Notes: generated by a model not told the origin, from the letters alone. Positions 1-9,933 are shown, counted from the stretch's first letter. The stretch: DNA of 64,000 nt from Candidatus Rokuibacteriota bacterium (GCA_003221455.1 QHRX01000009.1:10031-74030); one strand, 5' to 3'. Translations and numbers: made by a program.

Positions 1-103
1 CAGCCGACGCTCGCCGAGCTGGTCGCCGTCCGAGGCCTTCGCTCGCACTACCATCAGAACGCCGTCCAGAGCTGGAGGGTGGCCCCCGACGGGAGGGTAT
101 CGA

Positions 104-655
104 ATGTCCACGCCTAGGGCCGCCGTCGTCGGCGCCGTGGCCGCGACGTGCATGGCCCTGGCCGGCCCGGCGCAGGCCCAGCTCCCGAGCTACGGCGTCG
201 GTCGCCCGCCGACGCCGGAGGAGATCCGGGCGTGGGACATCGCCGTCGGCCCGGACGGCGCGGAGCTGCCGCCCGGCGAAGGGACGGCGGTCAGCGGCAA
301 GCCCGTATACGATGCGAAGTGCGCGGCCTGTCACGGGGCGACGGGGCGGGAGGGGCCGCAGGACGTGCTCGTGGGCGGCCAGGGCTCGCTCGCCACGGCC
401 AAGCCGCTCAAGACGATCGGCAGCTACTGGCCGTACGCGACGACCGTCTACGACTACATCTACCGGGCGATGCCCTTCACGCAGCCGGAATCGTTGACGG
501 CCGCTGAGGTCTACGGCGTGACGGCCTACCTGCTCTATCTCAACGGGATCATCGGCGAGCGCGACGTCATCGACCGCCGCACCCTGCCGCAGGTGAAGAT
601 GCCGAACCGTCACGGCTTCGTCCCGGATCCACGGCCGGAGAAGTTCCCGCGCTGA
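104..655 (+). CDS. c-type cytochrome (class I, SoxX/sulfite-dehydrogenase cytochrome-subunit-like), secreted
   Basis: N-terminal signal peptide (AMALAGPAQA). Single CxxCH haem-binding motif (CAACH). Conserved SoxX-like C-terminal helix (VYGVTAYLLYLNG). GGAGGG RBS about 9 nt upstream of the ATG. Confidence 0.8.
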   Translation: MSTPRAAVVGAVAATCMALAGPAQAQLPSYGVGRPPTPEEIRAWDIAVGPDGAELPPGEGTAVSGKPVYDAKCAACHGATGREGPQDVLVGGQGSLATAKPLKTIGSYWPYATTVYDYIYRAMPFTQPESLTAAEVYGVTAYLLYLNGIIGERDVIDRRTLPQVKMPNRHGFVPDPRPEKFPR

Positions 656-694
656 TCGCCGCGAGGGGCCGGGGCGGAGGCCGAGGGGAGGGCG

Positions 695-1825
695 CTACCT
701 GAGTGTGTCGCGGAGCTCGCGGGTCAGCACCTCGACCGTCCCCCGCGTCCCGCCGGCGAGCTTCTGCTTCCACTCGCCCTCGGTCTCGAAACGGCGGTCG
801 CGCAGGCGCTCGCCCCACGGCTTGATGGTCTCGCGGATCGCGTGGAGCTCGAACGGGTCGCGCCGGAGCTCCCGGGCGCGGGCCATGATGTCGGGCGCGA
901 CCCGGATGAACGCCCGGAGCGCCGCCCCCGTCTTGATGGAGTACTTCCGGCCCGCCCACGCGTTCGGGAAGACGCCGGCCAGGGCCTTGACGTAGTTCAA
1001 GAAGAAGCGCTTCGCGCCCTGGCGCAGTTCCTGGATGCGCGCGGCGCCGCCGACCTTCTCCACGGTCTCCAGGAGCTCGACGATCTCCTCGGCGAGCGGC
1101 GCCTGGCTCACCCGGCCGCGGCCCGTGCCGAGCATCTTGATCTCGCCGTGGAGCGGCGACGTCTCGTCCTCGTTGAGCGAGCGGATCACGTCGTGGGCGA
1201 GGGCCTGGTTCGGGTCGGGGTAGAGCTTGCGACCGGCCAGGCTGATGATGTGCGACGGGTTGAGGCGCGTGTGCTTGGCGTTGATGGTGACGAAGAGCTC
1301 GACGATCTGCCGGGCGTCGAGGGTGTCGAAGAGCACGGCCGGCACCTCGATGCCGAAGGTCTCGCCCGACTGGGAGAGGGCGTGAAGCGCGAGCAGGCGG
1401 TGCTGGCCGTCGAGGACGCGGAGCACGCCCTGCTCCTCGGGGATCTGCAGGAGCCCGAGGTCGTGGTGGCTCGCCAGCGGCGTGAACGTGAAGCGCTTCT
1501 CGGACGTGATGATGACAGCGCCGGGGATCGCCGGGAGCGTGGCCGCCTCCTTGCACTCCCGGTAGTAGGCCACGAGCTCGTCGATCTTCCGTCGGATCAC
1601 CGGCCGCTGGTACGCGATCTCGCTCTCGCTGATGCGCTTCTCCAGAACCTCCCAGTTCACGCGCCCGCGGTTGCCGCGGGCGGGCTTGGTGGTGACCTTG
1701 GGGGCCCCCCCCGTGTAGCCGAGCACCTCGAACTTCACGAGCCGATCGATGTCCTTGGCCGAGAACGAGGCCTGGTAGAACTCGACGCCGAACTGCTTCA
1801 CGCGGTGGGCGTGGACGGTGATCAT
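695..1825 (-). CDS. DGQHR-domain protein (DndB/DpdB-like, ParB-like nuclease superfamily)
   Basis: Contains the exact DGQHR motif (VLDGQHRLLAL). Its 376 aa length is typical of DndB. No dndACDE, dptFGH or dpd partner genes are visible in the window. Confidence 0.75.
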   Translation of the reverse strand: MITVHAHRVKQFGVEFYQASFSAKDIDRLVKFEVLGYTGGAPKVTTKPARGNRGRVNWEVLEKRISESEIAYQRPVIRRKIDELVAYYRECKEAATLPAIPGAVIITSEKRFTFTPLASHHDLGLLQIPEEQGVLRVLDGQHRLLALHALSQSGETFGIEVPAVLFDTLDARQIVELFVTINAKHTRLNPSHIISLAGRKLYPDPNQALAHDVIRSLNEDETSPLHGEIKMLGTGRGRVSQAPLAEEIVELLETVEKVGGAARIQELRQGAKRFFLNYVKALAGVFPNAWAGRKYSIKTGAALRAFIRVAPDIMARARELRRDPFELHAIRETIKPWGERLRDRRFETEGEWKQKLAGGTRGTVEVLTRELRDTLR

Positions 1826-1955
1826 TGCCGTGTCATGCTAATCGAAGCGCAAATCCCAGTCAATCGACGCGGTGCCCGACGGGGCGCGCCGGGGCGCGGC
1901 CCCTCTATTTTGTGGTCCGCGCGGAGCGGGACGGCATCCGTGGGATTCCCCGGGG

Positions 1956-3167
1956 TCAAGCGAGGCCGAAGGCCTCCCGGGCAAGCGCGGCGATGTGCCG
2001 GCCGATGGCCAGGGACGCGGTGGCGGCCGGCGAGGGCGCGTTGAGCACGTGGATCGCGTCCGGCCCGCTCACGATGCTGAAGTCGTCCACCAGCGAGCCG
2101 TCGGCGGCCACCGCCTGGGCGCGGACGCCGGCGCCGCCCGGGGTGACGTCCTCGGGACGGATCGCGGGGATCAGGCGCTGGAGCGCCCGCACGAAGGCGG
2201 CCTTGCTGAGCGAGCGGTACATCTCGTAGCTGCCCGTGCGCCAGTATCGCGCCACCATCGCCCAGAACCCCCGGTAGCCGAGCGCCCCGGCCAGCTCTCC
2301 CGGCCGCACCCGGCCGAGCGAGTAGCCCTCTCGCGCGAAGGCCAGCACCGCGTTCGGCCCCGCCTCGACCTGGCCGTGGATCGTCCGCGTGAAGTGCACG
2401 CCGAGGAACGGGAACGCGGGGTCGGGCACGGGGTAGACGAGGCCGCGCACGAGGTCGTGCCGCTCGGGGCGGACCATGTAGTACTCGCCGCGAAACGGGA
2501 TGATCCGCACCGCCGTCGGGGCGCCCATGAGCCGGGCCACCACGTCGGAGTAGAGTCCCGCGCAGTTGATGACCCTTCGCGCCGCCGTCTCTCCCCGGCT
2601 CGAGCAGAGGCGGACGCCGTCACCGTCGCGGACGACGCGCGTGATGTGGCGGCCGGTGAGGATCTCGGCGCCGGCGGCCCGCAGCCGGAGGTCCAGCGCC
2701 GCCGCGACCTCCGTGAAGTCCACGATCGCGGTGCTCGGCGAGTGGATCGCGCGGACCGCCGCCGCGTGCGGCTCGATGGTCCGGAGCTCGCCCGGCTCGA
2801 GGAGGCGGAGCCCCGGCACGCCGTTGGCGGTCCCGCGCTCGTAGAGGGTCTGCAGGCGCGGGAGCTCCGCGTCGGTGGTGGCCACGATGACCTTGCCGAT
2901 GCGCTCGTAGCGGATGCCGTCCTGCTCGCAGAACTCGATCAGCTGCCGGGCGCCCTCCACGGTCAGGCGGGCCTTGTACGATCCCGGCCGGTAGTAGATC
3001 CCGGAGTGGATGACGCCGCTGTTATGGCCGGTCTGGTGGGTGCCGATGCGCGATTCCTTCTCGAGGAGGACCAGCCGGAGGCGTGGAAACCTTTCGGTGA
3101 GCGCGAGCCCGGTGGCGAGCCCGACGATGCCGCCGCCGACGATGGCTACGTCGTACATTACGGCCAT
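1956..3167 (-). CDS. lhgO: FAD-dependent L-2-hydroxyglutarate oxidase/dehydrogenase-like oxidoreductase
   Basis: N-terminal Rossmann FAD motif (VAIVGGGIVGLATGLAL). Length and motifs fit the LhgO/DAO family. Start could be either of two in-frame ATGs (MAVMYD or MYD). Confidence 0.7.
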   Translation of the reverse strand: MAVMYDVAIVGGGIVGLATGLALTERFPRLRLVLLEKESRIGTHQTGHNSGVIHSGIYYRPGSYKARLTVEGARQLIEFCEQDGIRYERIGKVIVATTDAELPRLQTLYERGTANGVPGLRLLEPGELRTIEPHAAAVRAIHSPSTAIVDFTEVAAALDLRLRAAGAEILTGRHITRVVRDGDGVRLCSSRGETAARRVINCAGLYSDVVARLMGAPTAVRIIPFRGEYYMVRPERHDLVRGLVYPVPDPAFPFLGVHFTRTIHGQVEAGPNAVLAFAREGYSLGRVRPGELAGALGYRGFWAMVARYWRTGSYEMYRSLSKAAFVRALQRLIPAIRPEDVTPGGAGVRAQAVAADGSLVDDFSIVSGPDAIHVLNAPSPAATASLAIGRHIAALAREAFGLA

Positions 3168-3196
3168 GCTACGCTACCGCCCCAAAGGAGACAACG

Positions 3197-3598
3197 ATGC
3201 GGCGTATCTACGGTAGGACCGATGGCGAAGAGCGTCACGCGCACGACGGCTGTCCGCGCACCGTCCGCCTGCTGATCGAGCCCGCCACCGCGGGCGCCAC
3301 GCACCTCGCGATGGGCACCGAGGCGGTCGATCCGGGCAGCCGGATCCCCGTCCACGTCCACGACGACGCCGAGGAGATCCTCTTCCTCTACGCGGGCGGC
3401 GGTCGCGCCCGCGTCGGCGACGAGGAGATCGAGATCGGTCCCGAGACCGCGATCTTCGTGCCGGCGGGCGCCCCGCACGGGTTCGTGAACACCTCGGCCG
3501 CGCCCGCCCGGCTCACGTGGACCTTCTCGCCGCCGGGCGCCCACGAGAAGTTCCGCGACGAGGCGGTGTGGAAGCACGCGCGTCGGGACCCGCGCTGA
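3197..3598 (+). CDS. cupin-domain protein
   Basis: Small protein with a cupin metal-binding pattern (HVHDDAEE ... PAGAPHGF). AAAGGAG RBS upstream. Its stop overlaps the next gene's start (TGATG). Confidence 0.7.
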   Translation: MRRIYGRTDGEERHAHDGCPRTVRLLIEPATAGATHLAMGTEAVDPGSRIPVHVHDDAEEILFLYAGGGRARVGDEEIEIGPETAIFVPAGAPHGFVNTSAAPARLTWTFSPPGAHEKFRDEAVWKHARRDPR

Positions 3599-4053
3599 TG
3601 GCGGGGAAGTACTACGAGGAGCTGACCGTCGGCCAGGTCTTCCGCCACCAGCCCGGCCGCACGATCACCGAGGCCGACAACGTGTTCTTCTCGTGCCTGA
3701 CCATGAATCCGCAGCCCCTGCACGTCGACTTCCACGCCGCCCAGCAGGCGGAGTTCGGCAAGCCGCTGGTGAACAGCCTGCTCACGCTCGGGATCGCGGT
3801 CGGGCTCTCGGTGGGGGAGACGACGCTCGGCACCACCGTCGGCAACCTCGGCTTCGAGAAGACCGAATTCCCGAAGCCGGTGTTCCACGGCGACACGCTC
3901 TACGCGGAGACCGAGGTGGTCGACAAGCGCGAGTCGAAGTCGCGCCCGCAGTGGGGGATCGTCACGTTCGAGCACCGCGCGCGGAACCAGCACGGGGAGC
4001 TCGTCGTGCGGACCCGCCGCGCCGCCATGATGCGGAAGCGCGAGGCGCGATGA
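3598..4053 (+). CDS. MaoC-like (R)-specific enoyl-CoA hydratase / itaconyl- or mesaconyl-CoA hydratase-like
   Basis: Single hot-dog fold, 151 aa, with MaoC dehydratase hallmarks. ATG at 3598 overlaps the cupin stop. Confidence 0.8.
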   Translation: MAGKYYEELTVGQVFRHQPGRTITEADNVFFSCLTMNPQPLHVDFHAAQQAEFGKPLVNSLLTLGIAVGLSVGETTLGTTVGNLGFEKTEFPKPVFHGDTLYAETEVVDKRESKSRPQWGIVTFEHRARNQHGELVVRTRRAAMMRKREAR

Positions 4054-4943
4054 CCGAGGGGCTGCGCCGGTCGCTCCACTTCGTCCCCGGCGGCAACGAG
4101 AAGATGATGGCCAAGGCGCTCGGGCTGCCCGCCGACGGGCTCATCTACGACCTCGAGGACTCGGTGCCGGCTGACCGGAAGGTCAGGACGCGTGCGACGG
4201 TCCGCGCCTGGCTCGAGGGTGGGGACCTGGGGGGCCGCGAACGCTGGGTCCGCATGAACCCGCTCGTCTCTGGGTTCGGCCGCGGCGACCTCGAGGAGAC
4301 CCTGCCCGGCCGCCCCCACGGCTACGTGGTCCCGAAGCCCCGGCGCGCGGCCGACGTGCGCGAGGTCGCCCAGCACCTCGACCGGCTCGAGGAGCACCAG
4401 GGCATTCCGAACGGCGCCACGCGGCTCCTCCTGATCGCCACCGAGACGCCGGAGGGGCTCCTCAACATCGCCGAGTTGGCCGCGGCGAGCCCGCGGATCG
4501 CCGCGGTCTCGTGGGGCATCGAGGACCTCGGCGCGTCGATGGGCCTGCCGCGGACGCGCGACGCGGGCGGACGCTACCTGGACATCCCGCGCTACGCGCG
4601 TATGATGTGTGCGATCGCCGCCAGCGCCGCTGGCGTCGAGGCCCTCGACACCGTCTACACGGACATCGACGACCTGGACGGGCTCCGCCGGGAATGCGAG
4701 GAGGCGGCGTGGATGGGCTTCGCCGGCAAGCTCTCGGTCCACCCGACCCAGATCGACGTGATCAACGCGGCCTTCGCGCCGACGCGGGAGGCCGTCGCCG
4801 AGGCGCAGGAGTTGATCGCCGCGTTCGAGGAGCACGAGCGCCGCGGCGTCTACGCGTTCCGCTTCAAGGGGCGAATGGTCGACGCCCCCCACCTCAGCCA
4901 GGCCCGGAAGGTCGTGGCGCGCGGAGTTCGAGCCGGCCACTGA
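4050..4943 (+). CDS. CitE/HpcH-family acyl-CoA lyase (citramalyl-CoA / malyl-CoA lyase-like)
   Basis: Citrate-lyase beta-subunit-like sequence ([30 protein letters not shown]). ATGA overlap with the upstream hydratase. Confidence 0.8.
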   Translation: MTEGLRRSLHFVPGGNEKMMAKALGLPADGLIYDLEDSVPADRKVRTRATVRAWLEGGDLGGRERWVRMNPLVSGFGRGDLEETLPGRPHGYVVPKPRRAADVREVAQHLDRLEEHQGIPNGATRLLLIATETPEGLLNIAELAAASPRIAAVSWGIEDLGASMGLPRTRDAGGRYLDIPRYARMMCAIAASAAGVEALDTVYTDIDDLDGLRRECEEAAWMGFAGKLSVHPTQIDVINAAFAPTREAVAEAQELIAAFEEHERRGVYAFRFKGRMVDAPHLSQARKVVARGVRAGH

Positions 4944-5087
4944 CCTGCCCGGGCATGTCACGATGCCCGTCCCGCGATGTCCCGCCGACACACCTTTTTT
5001 GACGCCCGGACCGGGCTCCGCTCGGCAGATCAATGGGTTACGACACAGGTACGATGTTTGCTCTAAGAGCGTCGCGGAGGAACGGGG

Positions 5088-5690
5088 ATGAGCCACGGCT
5101 TCCGGTCCACCCTTCTCGTCTCGGCGCTCCTGACGGCGCTCACTCTCGCGGCGCCACCCGGATCCGCGGCCCGGCCCGCGGGCGACCCTCCTCCCGCAAC
5201 CGGCGAGCTCGACGCGCTCGACGGGCTCGCCGCCGCGCTCCGGAGCGATCTGCACCTCGAGCAGCAGCGGCTCGACTCAGCGTGCGAGTTCACGGAGATT
5301 CGCGCGCGCCTGATCAGGGTGCGGGACGAGGCGGTCGCGGCCGCCGAGCGGCTGGGGAGCCTCTGGCGCGGCGGCCGCCTCCGCGCCCGTGGCCTCGCGA
5401 TGTCGGAGGTGCTCGTCTACGACTTCGCCGCGCTCATCTACGAGGCCCGGCGCGACACGGCACTCGCCGACACGCTGGCGACGCTCGAGGAAGAGACGCG
5501 CCAGGGGTCGGCCGAGGCGCGCGCCCTCTTCCGGCGCATGGTCGAGATCCATCCGGCGGCGCCGGCCTGTCTGAGCGGGACGCCCGACGAGCCCGAGCGG
5601 GGCGACCTCGCCGCGGTCCGCGCGCTCAAGCGGGCGCTCTCGATCGACTCCGTGCCTGATAGCGTCCTGGTGATCCGCGGGCTCAGATGA
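5088..5690 (+). CDS. hypothetical secreted protein
   Basis: Signal-peptide-like N-terminus (LLVSALLTALTLAAPPGSAA). GGAGG RBS about 9 nt upstream. No recognisable domain. Lies between the lyase and the convergent CoA-transferase. Confidence 0.4.
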   Translation: MSHGFRSTLLVSALLTALTLAAPPGSAARPAGDPPPATGELDALDGLAAALRSDLHLEQQRLDSACEFTEIRARLIRVRDEAVAAAERLGSLWRGGRLRARGLAMSEVLVYDFAALIYEARRDTALADTLATLEEETRQGSAEARALFRRMVEIHPAAPACLSGTPDEPERGDLAAVRALKRALSIDSVPDSVLVIRGLR

Positions 5691-6885
5691 CGCGCTCGGC
5701 GCGGAGCCGCCCGATCGCCGCGGCGTCGTAGCCGAGCTCGCCGAGCACCTCGTCCGTGTGCTGGCCGAGGGTCGGCGCCGGCCGCCGAATGCGGGCGGGT
5801 GTGTCGGAGAGCTTGATCGGGATCCCGAGCACCCGCGTCCGCCCCGCCACCGGATGGTCAACCGGCACCGCCATCTCGCGATGCGCCACCTGGGGGTCGG
5901 CGAAGACCTGATCGTAGGTGAGGATCGGCCCCGCCGGAACGCCCTCCGCCTCGAAGCGGTCGAGCCAGGTCGCCGTGGTCTCCTTCTCAAAGCGCGGCTG
6001 GAGCAGTGCCTCCAGCTCCTTCCGGTGCCGGACGCGGTCGCCCGGCGTCCGGAACCGGGGGTCGTCGACGAGCTCTGGGACGCCGAGCAGCGCGCAGATC
6101 TTCGGCCAGAAGCCCGGCGAGCCGCCGCCGAGGTTGATCCAGGAGTCCTTCGTCCGGAAGGCCTGGTAGGGCGCGCTCGCACGGTGGCCGGGCCCCAGGC
6201 GCTCCGGGACCTCGCCCGTCGCGAAGTAGGAGGAGGCCTCGTAGATCGACCACGCGATCGGCGTCTCCAGCAGCGACGTGTCGACGTGCTGACCCCGGCC
6301 GGTGCGCGACCGCGCGGCGAGGGCGGCCAGGATGCCGATCGTGGCGAACATGCCGGTGCCAATGTCGGCGATCGGGATCGGCAGCGGCAGGGGGGGGCCG
6401 TCTAGATCGCCGCTGATCGACATGAACCCTGACATGCCCTGGGCGATCCGGTCGAAGCCGCCGCGCTCCCGATAGGGACCGGTCTGGCCGAATCCCGAGA
6501 TCGAGCAGTAGATGACGCGCGGGTTGATCGCGCGCACGTGGTCGTAGCCGAGCCCGAGGCGGGCCGTCGCGCCCGGGCGGAAGTTCTCCAGGACGACGTC
6601 GACCCGGGCCGCCAGCGCGAGCGCGATCGTCCGGCCGGCCGCCGCCTTCAGGTCGAGCGTGACGCTCCGCTTGTTGCGGTTGTAGGTCATGAAGGCCGCG
6701 CTCTCGCCGCTGATCTTCGGGGAGACCGCGCGCGCGTCGTCGCCGACGCCCGGCCGCTCGAGCTTGATCACGTCGGCGCCGAGGTCGCCGAGCAGCATGG
6801 CGCAGTAGGGCCCGGAGAGCTGGGAGGTGAGGTCCAGGACGCGCAGGCCGTCGAGGGCGAGGCTGCCGGTCGTCATCGGCGACAC
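5683..6885 (-). CDS. family III CoA-transferase (CaiB/BaiF-like)
   Basis: N-terminal LRVLDLTSQLSGPYCAMLLGDLGADVIKLE and overall CaiB/BaiF fold signature. The conserved Asp region is present. Confidence 0.85.
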   Translation of the reverse strand: MSPMTTGSLALDGLRVLDLTSQLSGPYCAMLLGDLGADVIKLERPGVGDDARAVSPKISGESAAFMTYNRNKRSVTLDLKAAAGRTIALALAARVDVVLENFRPGATARLGLGYDHVRAINPRVIYCSISGFGQTGPYRERGGFDRIAQGMSGFMSISGDLDGPPLPLPIPIADIGTGMFATIGILAALAARSRTGRGQHVDTSLLETPIAWSIYEASSYFATGEVPERLGPGHRASAPYQAFRTKDSWINLGGGSPGFWPKICALLGVPELVDDPRFRTPGDRVRHRKELEALLQPRFEKETTATWLDRFEAEGVPAGPILTYDQVFADPQVAHREMAVPVDHPVAGRTRVLGIPIKLSDTPARIRRPAPTLGQHTDEVLGELGYDAAAIGRLRAERVI

Positions 6886-7145
6886 AGTCTACGGCGCGAC
6901 GGCGCGGCGCGCAAACGCCGCGCCCGCGGGCAAGCGCGTCTGGGTCGCCCGCGCGTCGGTCGCGGTGCGCGCGGCGGTCGGGTCGGCGCCCGGCGGATCT
7001 CGCCGCCCTTCGACCTGACCCCCGACCGCCCGGTCTCGACCGGTCGCCGCGCGCGGCGTCCGTGCGCGTTCAGGTCCAGACGTCGTCTTCCCGGTCGGAC
7101 CGGGGGCGTCGGGGCCGGCCCGCGGGTGGCGCTGCCCGGCCGTGC

Positions 7146-7175
7146 TTGACACGTCGAACAATCGGATGCTATTCG
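7146..7175 (+). promoter_or_regulatory. candidate sigma70-like promoter for the downstream membrane glycosyltransferase gene
   Basis: Perfect -35 TTGACA at 7146-7151. A 17-nt spacer is followed by CTATTC/TATTCG as a weak -10. It lies about 30 nt upstream of the ATG at 7207 in a 320-bp non-coding gap. Confidence 0.3.
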
Positions 7176-7206
7176 TGGGGCCCATTTGCGCCGGCACACA
7201 TCACGC

Positions 7207-8658
7207 ATGAGGGCCGGGACGTCCGCGGCTCAGGGCCTCCTGGCGGCGGCGCTCGCGGTGGTCGCCTTCCGCCTCGCCTGGTCGTCGCGAACCTGGCCGC
7301 TGATCCACGACGCCCCCCTCATGCACTACATCGCCTGGCGCATCCAGCACGGCGCCGTCCCGTACCGCGACCTATTCGACATGAACGCGCCCGGCCCCTA
7401 CCTGATCCACCTGCTCGTGCTGCGGACGCTCGGCGGGGGCGACCTGGCCTGGCGGATCTTCGACCTCGGCTGGCTGGCGCTCACCTGCTGGGTGGTGGCG
7501 CTCTACGCGTGGCCGGTCGGCGTCGGCCCCGCGGCGGTCGCCGCCGCGCTCGTCGCCCTCTACCATCTCGCGGGTGGCGTGTGGCTCGCCGGCCAGCGCG
7601 ACTTCCTCCTCTGCGCGTTCCTGATCGGAGGGGCGCAGCTGGTGGCGTCGCCGGCCACCTGGTGGCGCCTGATCCTGGCGGGGGTCGTCGGCGGGGCAGG
7701 GGTCACGCTGAAGCCCCCCGCCCTGATCTTCTTGATCGTGCTCGCGCTGGTGGCGGCCGTCGCGGCGGCGCGCGAGGGCCGGGTCTGGTGGACGCCACCC
7801 CTCGCCGTCCTGGCCGGTGGCGCCGCGGCGCCGCTCGGGTGCCTCGCCTGGCTCGCCTGGACCGGCGGGCTCCGGGCCTTCGTCGAGATCTTCGTCGAGT
7901 ACGACCTCCCGGTCTACTCGCGGCTGGCGCGCGTTTGGCCGTGGACCGCGCTCGGCTGGTGGCCGTTCGGCTGGCGCGTCTGGGCTCTCTTCGCCGTGCT
8001 CGTCCTGGCCGCCGGCGCCACTCGGCGCTGGGACACGCGGCGGGCGCTCGTGCTCGCGGGCCTGGCCTATGGCGTCGTGCACTTCCTGGCGCAGGGCAAG
8101 GGCTGGGAGTACCAGGTCTATCCGCTGGCCACGTTCGCTTGCCTCGGCGCCGGCTTCGCCATGGCGGCCCCCGCCCGCGCGGTGCGGGGGACGGCGCTCC
8201 TGGCCTCCGCGCTCCTCGGCCTCCAGCTCTACGTCAAAGGCGTTCAGGAACTCCGGCCGGCGTGGATCACGGCGAAAGCCCAGCGCGTGGACCGCATCGT
8301 GGCCGACCTGCGGGGTCGCGTCGGGCCGGAGGACACAGTCCAGGTGCTCGACACGGGCGAGGGGGGCGTCCACGCGCTCCTCAGGCTCGGCGTGCGCCAG
8401 CCGACGCGCTTCATCTACGACTTCCCGGTCTTCCACGACGAGGACCGGCCGGTCGTCCGGCGCCTCCGCGCCGAGTTCCTGCGCGAGCTCGAGGCCGCGC
8501 CGCCAAAGTTCATCGTGGTCCTCGAGCGCGGCTGGCCGTCGGGGGACTACGCGCGGATCGCCTGCTTCCCCGCGCTGGCCACCTGGATCGCGGCCACCTA
8601 TCGCCTCGACCGGGAGGGCCCCGAATACCGGGTCTATGCGAAGCGAGCAGATCTTTAG
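7207..8658 (+). CDS. GT-C fold membrane glycosyltransferase (ArnT/PMT/DUF2029-like), polytopic
   Basis: About 11 predicted TM helices. N-terminal periplasmic-loop motif (YRDLFDMNAPGPYL) typical of dolichyl/undecaprenyl-phosphate-sugar-dependent transferases. The ORF finder used an upstream TTG at 7186. Confidence 0.5.
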   Translation: MRAGTSAAQGLLAAALAVVAFRLAWSSRTWPLIHDAPLMHYIAWRIQHGAVPYRDLFDMNAPGPYLIHLLVLRTLGGGDLAWRIFDLGWLALTCWVVALYAWPVGVGPAAVAAALVALYHLAGGVWLAGQRDFLLCAFLIGGAQLVASPATWWRLILAGVVGGAGVTLKPPALIFLIVLALVAAVAAAREGRVWWTPPLAVLAGGAAAPLGCLAWLAWTGGLRAFVEIFVEYDLPVYSRLARVWPWTALGWWPFGWRVWALFAVLVLAAGATRRWDTRRALVLAGLAYGVVHFLAQGKGWEYQVYPLATFACLGAGFAMAAPARAVRGTALLASALLGLQLYVKGVQELRPAWITAKAQRVDRIVADLRGRVGPEDTVQVLDTGEGGVHALLRLGVRQPTRFIYDFPVFHDEDRPVVRRLRAEFLRELEAAPPKFIVVLERGWPSGDYARIACFPALATWIAATYRLDREGPEYRVYAKRADL

Positions 8659-9289
8659 GATCATCCGGGCCTACGACGACCCGGTGGTGCGGGCCTACTG
8701 CTGGCTCCGCTTCGGCATCCTGCGCCAGCGCTTCCTCGACGAGATCGGCCAGTATCTGCCGCCGTCGGGCGAGGTGCTGGACCTCGGCTGCGGCTTCGGA
8801 CTCTTCTCGCTCTACTACGCCTCGATCGCCCCCGGCCGCTTCGTCCGCGGCCTCGACCTGAACGGCCGGCGCATCGCGATGGCCCGTCATGCGGCCGCGC
8901 GCCTGGCGATCGCCAACGTGGCGTACCGCCAGGGCGACGCGCGCGACGTCGGCGGGAGCGGCGAGTACGGTGCCGCCTACATGCTCGACATCGTGCACCA
9001 CGTGCCGGCCGCGAGCGTCGAGCCACTCCTCCGGCGGCTCCATGGCTGCCTCGCCCCTGGGGCGCCGCTCCTGATCAAGGACGTCGATACCCGTCCGGCC
9101 TGGAAGCGCTGGTTCACCTGGACGCTCGACCGCCTGATGGACCCGTGGACGCCGGTCCGCTACTGGCCCGCCGACGAGCTCGAGGCCCTCCTCGAGCGCG
9201 TGGGCTTCCGAGTCCACCGGCACCTGATGGTGGACTTCCTGCCGTACCCCCACGTGCTCTACATCTGCCATCGGGCGGGGGGTCGCTGA
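8636..9289 (+). CDS. class I SAM-dependent methyltransferase
   Basis: Motif I (VLDLGCGFG) and motif post-I/II (PLLIKDVD). Overlaps the 3' end of the GT-C gene by about 23 nt. Confidence 0.7.
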   Translation: MRSEQIFRIIRAYDDPVVRAYCWLRFGILRQRFLDEIGQYLPPSGEVLDLGCGFGLFSLYYASIAPGRFVRGLDLNGRRIAMARHAAARLAIANVAYRQGDARDVGGSGEYGAAYMLDIVHHVPAASVEPLLRRLHGCLAPGAPLLIKDVDTRPAWKRWFTWTLDRLMDPWTPVRYWPADELEALLERVGFRVHRHLMVDFLPYPHVLYICHRAGGR

Positions 9290-9546
9290 GAGGGCGCGGG
9301 TCAACCGCGTCGGCGCCGTCGACACGCCCTCGCGGCGCGCGACCGCGTCGGTGCCGGTCCCGGCGGCCGCATGGTCACGTCGGGCGTGACCGAGGTCTCG
9401 TCGGAAAAAAGGGCGCGAGCGACGGGGACGTGACCCGGGCGGCGAGGACCCTGCGCAGGACGCGGCCGTTCGGTTTGACGACCGGCGCCTCTGGAGTATA
9501 TCGTCACAGCGCCGAGAGCCGCCCGCGGGCTCGAGGAGGACGACTC

Positions 9547-9933
9547 ATGCACACGCTCGTCCGGGCTCAAGGGCTCTCGGAGCCGATCAGCCACTACTCC
9601 GACGCGGTGGTGGCCGGCCGAACGGTCTACGTGTCGGGCCAAGGCGCGTTCGATGCCCGCGGCCGTCTCGTCGGCGCCAACGACGTCGTGGCCCAGACGC
9701 GTCAGGTGCTCGAGAACATGAAGACGGCGCTCGGGGCCGCCGGCGCGACGCTCGACGACGTCGTCAAGGTGACCGTCTACCTCGCTAACCGCGACGACCG
9801 GCCCCGGGTCAACGAGGTGCGGAAGGAATACTTCAGGGCCAACAAGCCTGCCAGCACGCTGATCGAGATCAGTCGCTTCGCGATCGAGGGCATGCTGATC
9901 GAGATCGAGGCGATTGCGGTTCTGCCCTCCTGA
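9547..9933 (+). CDS. RidA/YjgF family reactive-intermediate deaminase
   Basis: 128 aa. YSDAVVAG...VYVSGQ and C-terminal LIEIEAIAV are typical of the YjgF/RidA chorismate-mutase-like fold. Confidence 0.8.
   Translation: MHTLVRAQGLSEPISHYSDAVVAGRTVYVSGQGAFDARGRLVGANDVVAQTRQVLENMKTALGAAGATLDDVVKVTVYLANRDDRPRVNEVRKEYFRANKPASTLIEISRFAIEGMLIEIEAIAVLPS

Noticed and set aside
1963-1977. Perfect hairpin GAGGCC-GAA-GGCCTC near the lhgO stop, considered as a terminator
   Set aside because: It lies inside the last codons of lhgO rather than downstream. The next gene is co-directional, so it is more likely a coding-sequence coincidence.
567-2044. Long ORFs antisense to or overlapping the DGQHR gene and lhgO (567..1556 -, 842..2044 +, 1872..3275 +)
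   Set aside because: Extremely Arg/Pro/Gly-rich translations with no motifs. They look like GC3-driven shadow ORFs of real genes on the other strand or frame.
7062-9325. ORFs 7062..8861 +, 7372..8664 -, 7817..9289 + and 8510..9325 - overlapping the GT-C and methyltransferase genes
   Set aside because: Low-complexity Arg/Gly/Pro-rich products. The in-frame real starts at 7207 and 8636 give proteins with clear TM helices and SAM-binding motifs.
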